Positions 1 to 7,100 of a DNA stretch of 10,461 bases are shown piece by piece. The position numbers were made by a program, and so were the translations under genes. A model generated the notes under the pieces. That model ran no database searches, was not told the origin of the DNA, and saw nothing but the letters and a program-made list of their open reading frames with translations. Origin of the DNA: Breznakia blatticola (GTDB lineage Bacteria; Bacillota_I; Bacilli_A; Erysipelotrichales; Erysipelotrichaceae); assembly GCF_004365815.1 (NCBI RefSeq), contig NZ_SODD01000058.1, positions 1-10,461 of the forward strand, written 5' to 3'. Within the stretch, counting starts at the first letter, position 1, and each line of letters starts with the position of its first letter.

Positions 1-161
1 TATGGTAACGATTCTTAATATTATTTTTACAATTTCTATTATGAATCTAAATCCACGTTTAGACAACTTAGGGGGTCACTTCATATTATCTTAATTGTAG
101 TGTAATCTAACCATTGAAAAAAGGCAAATAAAAAAACCCGCAGAAAATTATCGAAAAGTAC

Positions 162-190
162 TTGAAATGCAATATGATATTTGGTATTAT
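162..190 (+). promoter_or_regulatory. Candidate sigma-A-type promoter of the tRNA operon
   Basis: TTGAAA at 162-167, 17-nt spacer, TGg extended element at 182-184, TATTAT at 185-190. It sits about 34 nt upstream of the first tRNA. Read by eye, no experimental TSS. Confidence 0.55.
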
Positions 191-223
191 TAGTAAGCAT
201 TGCGAAAGCAAGCGATAAAAAAT

Positions 224-300
<77 letters not shown>

Positions 301-308
301 TTCGATAT

Positions 309-385
309 CGGGAAGTAGCACAGCTTGGTAGTGCACCTGGTTTGGGACCAGGGGGTCGCAGGTTCGAATCCTGTCTTCCCGACCA
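309..385 (+). tRNA. tRNA-Pro (anticodon TGG)
   Basis: Acceptor CGGGAAG/CTTCCCG, anticodon stem CCTGG/CCAGG with loop TTTGGGA (TGG), T-arm GCAGG-TTCGAAT-CCTGT, encoded CCA at 383-385. Confidence 0.93.
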
Positions 386-393
386 TTATAAAT

Positions 394-470
394 GGCTGGG
401 TAGCTTAGTTGGCTAGAGCATCCGGTTCATACCCGGAAGGTCGTGAGTTCGAGTCTCACTTCAGCCACCA
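394..470 (+). tRNA. tRNA-Met, elongator type (anticodon CAT)
   Basis: Acceptor GGCTGGG/TTCAGCC (two G-U pairs), G1-C72 paired. Anticodon arm TCCGG-TTCATAC-CCGGA (CAT) resembles Bacillus-type elongator Met. T-arm GTGAG-TTCGAGT-CTCAC, encoded CCA. Confidence 0.8.
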
Positions 471-493
471 TTTATTATTTGTAGTTATATGCT

Positions 494-570
494 GGACCCT
501 TAGCTCAGTTGGTTAGAGCATCCGGCTCATAACCGGTGGGTCACAGGTTCGAGTCCTGTAGGGTCCACCA
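494..570 (+). tRNA. tRNA with CAT anticodon, probably tRNA-Ile2 (lysidine-modified); alternatively a second elongator Met
   Basis: Acceptor GGACCCT/AGGGTCC, anticodon loop CTCATAA (CAT), T-arm ACAGG-TTCGAGT-CCTGT, encoded CCA. The acceptor stem and D-arm closely resemble my recollection of Bacillus subtilis tRNA-Ile2(CAU) (GGACCTTTAGCTCAGTTGGTTAGAGC...). Ile versus Met identity cannot be proven from sequence alone. Confidence 0.6.
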
Positions 571-592
571 ATATATAAAACTTAAGACATCT

Positions 593-683
593 GGAGGAAT
601 ACCCAAGTGGCTGAAGGGTCCGGTCTTGAAAACCGGTAGGTCGGGAAACTGGCGCCTGGGTTCGAATCCCAGTTCCTCCGCCA
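593..683 (+). tRNA. tRNA-Ser (anticodon TGA), class II with long variable arm
   Basis: Acceptor GGAGGAA/TTCCTCC, anticodon arm CCGGT-CTTGAAA-ACCGG (TGA), variable-arm hairpin GTCGG-GAAA-CTGGC, T-arm CTGGG-TTCGAAT-CCCAG, encoded CCA. 91 nt long. Confidence 0.92.
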
Positions 684-717
684 TTATTATTTAAGTTTTA
701 TGATTTATTTTATTCAT

Positions 718-794
<77 letters not shown>

Positions 795-797
795 AAT

Positions 798-873
798 GGT
801 CCCGTAGCTCAGTCGGTAGAGCAAAGGACTGAAAATCCTTGTGTCGTTGGTTCGATTCCGACCGGGACCACCA
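798..873 (+). tRNA. tRNA-Phe (anticodon GAA)
   Basis: Acceptor GGTCCCG/CGGGACC, anticodon arm AAGGA-CTGAAAA-TCCTT (GAA), T-arm GTTGG-TTCGATT-CCGAC, encoded CCA. Only 3 nt after the fMet tRNA. Confidence 0.93.
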
Positions 874-884
874 TTTGGAAAGAA

Positions 885-921
885 AGTGTCTAATCAATAT
901 TGATTAGACACTATTTTTTTA
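885..921 (+). terminator. Rho-independent terminator of the tRNA operon
   Basis: Perfect 12-bp stem AGTGTCTAATCA / TGATTAGACACT with ATAT loop, followed by A-TTTTTTT (913-920). It starts 12 nt after tRNA-Phe. Confidence 0.85.
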
Positions 922-1023
922 TTCTTCAATAATCACTCGTTTTGTCATGTTTTATCAAGTTTAATCAGGTAAATGGTGTCAAAATTACTTTGGATCAAAG
1001 CAATGTCTAATCTTATTACATGC

Positions 1024-1062
1024 AAACAGCCCATGAACGCATTATCGCTCACGGGCTGTTTT
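1024..1062. terminator. Long imperfect hairpin in the convergent intergenic region, possibly a bidirectional or back-up terminator
   Basis: Outer stem AAACAGCCC (1024-1032) / GGGCTGTTT (1053-1061). Inner partly paired TGAACG/CGCTCA with loop CATTAT. Flanked by TTTT on the plus strand and TTT on the minus strand, so both U-tracts are weak. Confidence 0.35.
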
Positions 1063-1111
1063 ACATTAATCTTGTCATTTTACGCTGTATTATGTAAATA
1101 CATTATGACAC

Positions 1112-1144
1112 CACCAAAAGGCGCGAGTATTTTCACGCCTTTTT
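1112..1144 (-). terminator. Probable intrinsic terminator of the adhesin gene
   Basis: Minus-strand reading just after the TAG stop: AAAAAGGCGTG-AAAATACT-CGCGCCTTTT-GGTGG. That is a 6-bp GC-rich stem (one G-U pair) extended by A-U pairs, an 8-nt loop and a U-tract. On the plus strand the same hairpin carries a C/A mismatch and is followed by TTTTT. Confidence 0.55.
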
Positions 1145-1154
1145 CAGTGTTTTT

Positions 1155-4100
1155 CTATTTTCTCTTTTTTGCTCTTGCAAATTTAAATGATGTTCCAGAA
1201 ATTACTACACCACTTAGTAATAACATAAATAGATAATATGGTGTATTGTTTGGATCACCTGTGTTTGGTGAAGTACTCGGACGGAATACTACTGGTTTAT
1301 CAGGTGTCTTTTTATTCTCAAACATTAAGGATACTGCAGTTGTTTGATTCGCTTTGATTTCAAAGTTTATCTTTTCCTTATTTAATTGGTATCCTTTAGG
1401 AGCTTTCGTTTCTTGGAAATAATAGTTTCCTTCATCTAAATTAGCTGCCGAGATAACTCCGTTTGCATCACTCACAAGTTTTTCAGTTACAAGCGTTCCA
1501 TCTGCTTTGTATAAACTGAATTCAGCTCCTTCTAAAGCATTCTTAGAAGCAGAGTCGATTTTATGTAAGACAACATCACCTTTCGTGATAATTGCTTTGT
1601 ATGCGTTAACGAAGCTAACTGATGGTGCATGTGTTAAATCTGTTCCAGTTTTTCTTTGAACAGCTAATGTTCCATCACCGTTATCAACAATTTCGTAAGT
1701 AGCAGTGTATGTAGTTGTATCGTATGTAATTCCATCAATACTTCCTGCTTTCTCAACGATCTTGTATGTGTACGTTTTACCTTTATCTGCAAGTGTGTAA
1801 TTCATTGTTTTAAATGTGAATGTTTCACTTGATCCATTTGTTGGGTTGATAGTTTGTGTATCCACTAAAGTTTCTACACTACCTTCAACTTTGTATAGAT
1901 CAAATGAGAATACATCTGTTGCAGTAAAGTTTCTTCCTGTTAATGTTTTTGTTCCCGCAAAGGAAACACTTCCATTAGCAGCATATGTGTTTGTAAATGT
2001 CACATCACTAGCTGATGTTAAATCTGTTCCAGATTTTCTAGTTAAACGCAGTGTTCCATCACCATTGTCAGTGACTTCATATGTCGCTGTATACTCTGTT
2101 GTATCGTATGTAATTCCGGAAATATTTTCTACTTTTTCCTTTATCTTATACGTACGTAATTGATCTTTATCAGCAAGTGTGTAATTCAACGTTTTAAATG
2201 TGAACGTTTCATTTGATCCACTTGTTGGTGTAATTGTTTTCGTATCAATTAATACATCCAATCCTCCAACTTTTGCATACAATTCAAATGTGAATGTATC
2301 TCCTGCTTTAAAGTCTCTTCCAGATAATGCTTTTGTTCCGCTGAATGCAATTGAAGCATTTGCTGCATATGTATTTTCAAATGCTACATCTGTTGATGAA
2401 GTTAAATCCGTTCCAGATTTTCTAGTAGCTACTACTGTACCATCTCCTCCATCTTCAATTTCATAACTTGCTGTATATGTAGTTGTATCATATGTAATTC
2501 CAGCAATACTTTCTGCTTTCTCAACAATTTTGTATGTGTATGTTTTACCCTTATCTGCTAAAGAGTAACTCAATGCATTAAACGTAAATGCTTCATTCGA
2601 ACCACTTGTAGGATTGATCACTTTTGTTTCCAATAATGTATCACCTGAACCATCAACTTTGTATAGTTCAAATGTGAACGTATCACCAGCAGTGAAGTTT
2701 CTTCCTGTTAGTGTTTTTGATCCCGCAAATGTAATGCTTCCAACTGCTGCATACGTGTTTTCAAACTCGACAGCTGCTGCAGATGTTAAATCTGTTCCTG
2801 ATGCTTTCGTAACACTTAATGTACCATCACCATTATCTGCAACTGTGTAATTTGCAGTGTATTCTGTTGTATCATATGTGATTCCTGCAATACTTCCTGC
2901 TTTTTCAACAATCTTATACGTATATGTTTGTCCTTTGTCAGCCAATGTGTAGTTTAACGTTTTGAATGTGAACGTTTTACTTGATCCACTTGTTGGAGTA
3001 ATTGTTTGTGTATCAATTAATTGATCTCCTGAACCATCGACTTTATATAGTTCAAATGTGAATGAATCACTAGCAGCAAAGTTTCTTCCTGTCAGTGTTT
3101 TCGTCCCTGCAAAGGCAATACTTCCAGTTGCTGCATACGTATTTGTGAATGTCACATCACTTGCTGAAGTTAGATCAGTTCCAGATTTTTTCGTTGCGCT
3201 TAATGTACCATTTCCATTATCCGTAATGTCATATGTTGCTGTGTATACTGTTGTATCATATGTTACTCCAGCTAACGTCTCCGCTTTCTCAACAATCTTA
3301 TATGTATATGTTTTCCCTTTATCTTCTAACGCATAATTTAACGTCTTGAATGTAAATGCTTCACTTGATCCACTTGTTGGGTTGATTGTTTTTGTATCGA
3401 GTAATTGATCTCCTGAACCATCAACTTTGTATAGTTCAAATGTAAATGAATCGCCAGATGCGAAGTTTCTTCCTGTTAGTGTTTTTGTTCCGGCAAACTT
3501 AATGTTACCAGCTGCACCATATGTGTTTTCAAATTCTACTGCCGCTGCAGATGTTAAATCTGTACCTGATGCTTTTGTAACACTTAATGTACCATCTCCA
3601 TTATCTGCAATCGTATAGTCTGCTGTATACACTGTTGTATCATATGTTACTCCAGCCACAGTTCCTGCTTTTTCAACAATCTTATATGTATATGTTTGCC
3701 CTTTGTCAACTAATGTGTAGTCTAACGTTTTAAATGTGAACGTTTCACTTGTTCCACTCGTTGGGTTGATTGTTTGTGTATCAATTATTTGATCTCCTGA
3801 ACCAGTAACTTTATATAACTCAAATGAGAACGTATCACTAGCTGCAAAGTTTCTACCTGTTAGTGTTTTTGTTCCTGCAAAGGCAATACTTCCAGTTGCT
3901 GCATACGTATTTGTGAATGTTACATCACTAGCTGATGATAAATCTGTTCCTGATGCTTTCGTAACACTCAATGTACCATTACCGTTATCGGTGATTGTAT
4001 AGTTTGCTGTGTACACTGTTGTATCGTACGTCACTCCAGCCACACTTCCGCTTGTTTCAACAATCTTATATGTATACGTTTGCCCTTTATCAGCTAATGT

Positions 4101-7100
4101 ATAGTCTAATGTTTTGAACGTGAACGTTTCACTTGTCCCACTTGTTGGGTTGATTGTTTGTGTATCAAGTAATTGATCTCCTGAACCAGTAACTTTATAT
4201 AACTCAAATGAGAACGTATCACCTGATTGATAGTTTCTACCTGTTAGTGTTTTTGTTCCACCAAAGGCAATGCTTCCAGTTGCTGCATATGTATTTGTAA
4301 ATGTTACAGCCGTTGAAGAAGTTAAATCAGTTCCTGATGTTTTTGTAACACTTAGCGTACCATCACCATTATCTGTAATTGTGTAGTTTGCAGTGTACTC
4401 TGTTGTATCATATGTTACTCCAGATATGTTTCCGATTGTTTCTTTAATCTTGTATGTATATGTGTTCCCTTTATCTGCAAGAGTGTAATTCAATGTCTTG
4501 AATGTAAATGTTTCACTTGAACCTGTTGTAGGTGTAATTGTTTGTGTGTCTAATGGTGTTTCAAATCCACCAACAACACCAATTAATTCAAAACTATATG
4601 TATCTCCTGCTTTAAAGTCTCTTCCCGTTAATGTTTTAGATCCCGCAAATGTAATATTTCCACTTGCTGCATACGTATTTGTGAATGTTACGTCACTTGC
4701 AGATGTTAAATCGGTTCCTGATTTTTTCGTTGCACTTAATGTACCATTTCCATTGTCAGTAATGTCATATGTTGCTGTGTACTCTGTTGTATCATATGTT
4801 ACTCCAGATATGTTTCCGATTGTTTCTTTAATCTTGTATGTATATGTGTTCCCTTTATCTGCTAACGCGTAATTTATCGTCTTGAATGTGAATGCTTCGC
4901 TTGATCCACTTGTAGGAGTAATTGTTTTTGTGTCGATTAATTGAGCTCCCGAACCATCAACTCTGTATAGTTCAAATGTGAATGTATCACCAGATGCGAA
5001 GTTTCTTCCTGTTAGCGTTTTTGTTCCGGCAAACTTAATATTACCAACAGCACCATATGTGTTTTCAAATTCAACTGCTGTTGCAGATGTTAAATCTGTT
5101 CCTGATGCTTTCGTAACACTTAATGTACCATTACCGTTATCTGTAATCGTGTATGATGCAGTATATTCGGTTGTATCGTATGTTACTCCTGCCACAGTTC
5201 CTGGTTTCTCGATAATTTTATATGTATATGTTTGCCCTTTGTCAGCTAACGTGTAATTTAGCGTTTTAAATGTGAACGTTTCGCTTGTTCCACTTGTTGG
5301 AGTAATAGTTTTTGTATCAATTATTTGATCTCCTGAACCAGTAACTTCATATAGTTCAAATGTAAATGAGTCGCCAGATGCAAAATCTCTACCTGTTAGT
5401 GTTTTTGTTCCGGCAAAGGCAATGCTTCCAGTTGCTGCATACGTGTTTGTAAATGTTACATCACTTGCAGACGTTAAATCTGTACCCGAAGCTTTTGTAA
5501 CACTTAGTGTACCATCACCATTATCCGTAATTGTATAGTCTGCTGTATACACTGTTGTATCGTAAGTTACTCCAGCTATACTTCCGCCTGTTTCAACAAT
5601 TTTATAAGTATACGTTTGTCCTTTGTCAGCTAATGTGTAGTTTAACGTTTTAAATGTAAACGTTTCACTTGATCCACTTGTTGGGTTGATAGTTTGTGTA
5701 TCAACTATTTGGTCTCCTGAACCTGTAACTTTGTATAGTTCAAATGTGAATGTATCACCAGATGCAAAGTTTCTACCTGTTAGTGTTTTTGTTCCACCAA
5801 AGGCAATACTACCAGTTGCAGCATACGTATTTGTGAATGCTACATCAGCTGCAGTAGTTAAATCCGTTCCTGAAGTTTTCGTAACACTCAACGTACCATC
5901 ACCATTGTCAGTAATTTCGTAACTTGCTGTATATTCATTTGTTGCATATGTTACACCTGAAATGCTTCCAACTTCTTCTTTAATCTTATATGTATACGTT
6001 TTTCCAGCATCTTCTAGTGTATAGTTTAGCTTTTTAAATGTAAATGTTTCACTTGACCCACTTGTCGGAGTAATTGTTTTTGTGTCTAATGGTGTTTCAA
6101 ATCCACCAACAACACCATATAATTTAAAGCTATATGTATCTCCTGCTTTAAAGTTTCTTCCTGTCAATGTCTTTGTTCCTGCAAATGTAATATCACCAGT
6201 TGCAGTATAAAGTTTATTCTCAATATCTCCAATATCTACAGTAGTTACTCCATTAGAATAGTTCTCATCTAATGTGAATGTATATTTCTCATTAGAAACT
6301 GCATACGTACTAGGAGCTACAATCTCTTTGAAATAGTAGTTTCCTGCATCTAAACGAGAAATACGTAATTTCCCTTTATCTGCTCCAGAACTAATAACTT
6401 CTAATGCATCTGTTCCTGTACTGTCGTGGAAATACCAATCTTCACCTGCAATTTGTGTTTTTGTAAATCCAGTAACTTTTGTTGCATTGTTGATATCTGA
6501 GTCATACTTATACAATTCAAACACAGCACCTGCTAATGCATCTTTTGTTTTTTCATCAACTTTCTTTAATTCCACAGATCGAGGAACGTTATTCAATAAC
6601 TTGTATGTAATGGCTGTACTTGATATTTTAAACTCAATTGACTGATTCTGCGTTTGATAGAATCCATCTGGTGATGCAACTTCCACCAATACGTAATCAC
6701 CTTCAGCTAGTTTCGTAATAATGAATCGACCACTACCATCTGGACTTGAAATTTCTGTATCCGTTGCACCAGCATTATATTCATATTTTCCATCTGCATA
6801 TTTAAATGTTAATGGTGTAGTTAAATCCGTCTTTCTATAAATTTTAAATTTCGCATTTCCTAAACCACCATGAATCGCAGAATCATCATCTTTTGACGTA
6901 CTGTTTCCATATAATGAATCGGCTTTGTAAATAACCACGTCACCGTTTACTGGTTTAGCAGTAATAGTTCCACCCCAACTGTTTAAGGCTTCTGCATTTT
7001 TACTGTTTTCTGTCCATCCACCACTTACTCTGTATCCGTTGCTTACTTTATCAATTGCTCCAGTTTCAGCTTGCGTTACTTTTACACGAGTGGTAACTGT

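Noticed and set aside
45-66. Small AT-rich hairpin (TCTAAA-TCCACG-TTTAGA) and a GGGGG run near the left edge
   Set aside because: The 6-bp A/T stem has no U-tract, and the G-run is not followed by a start codon on either strand apart from a 2-codon ORF. No function can be supported.
888-1014. 9-mer TGTCTAATC present both in the tRNA terminator stem (888-896) and at 1004-1012
   Set aside because: It is a single short AT-rich repeat with no second arm or associated structure, which is consistent with chance.
973-1236. 87-aa plus-strand ORF between the tRNA operon and the adhesin gene
   Set aside because: It overlaps the 3' end of the adhesin CDS in antisense and runs through both intergenic hairpins. 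I saw no Shine-Dalgarno site and its hydrophobic composition simply mirrors AT/T-rich sequence. A real small membrane protein cannot be strictly excluded, but nothing supports one.
1816-5922. Series of plus-strand ORFs of 63-124 aa (1816, 2200, 2614, 3058, 3427, 4498, 4978, 5686 ...) with similar translations
   Set aside because: They are antisense frames of the 384-bp repeat units. Some starts are spaced by exactly one period (1816 and 2200), and their similarity only reflects the sense-strand repeat. The codon bias of the Thr/Gly/Asp/Tyr-rich sense frame leaves the antisense frame free of stops. There are no ribosome-binding sites.
1593-6200. Strict periodic repeats that could superficially suggest a CRISPR array or satellite
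   Set aside because: The period is 384 bp with no short repeat and unique spacer structure. The whole array is in frame inside one ORF and encodes folded-domain motifs, so it is a protein-domain tandem array.
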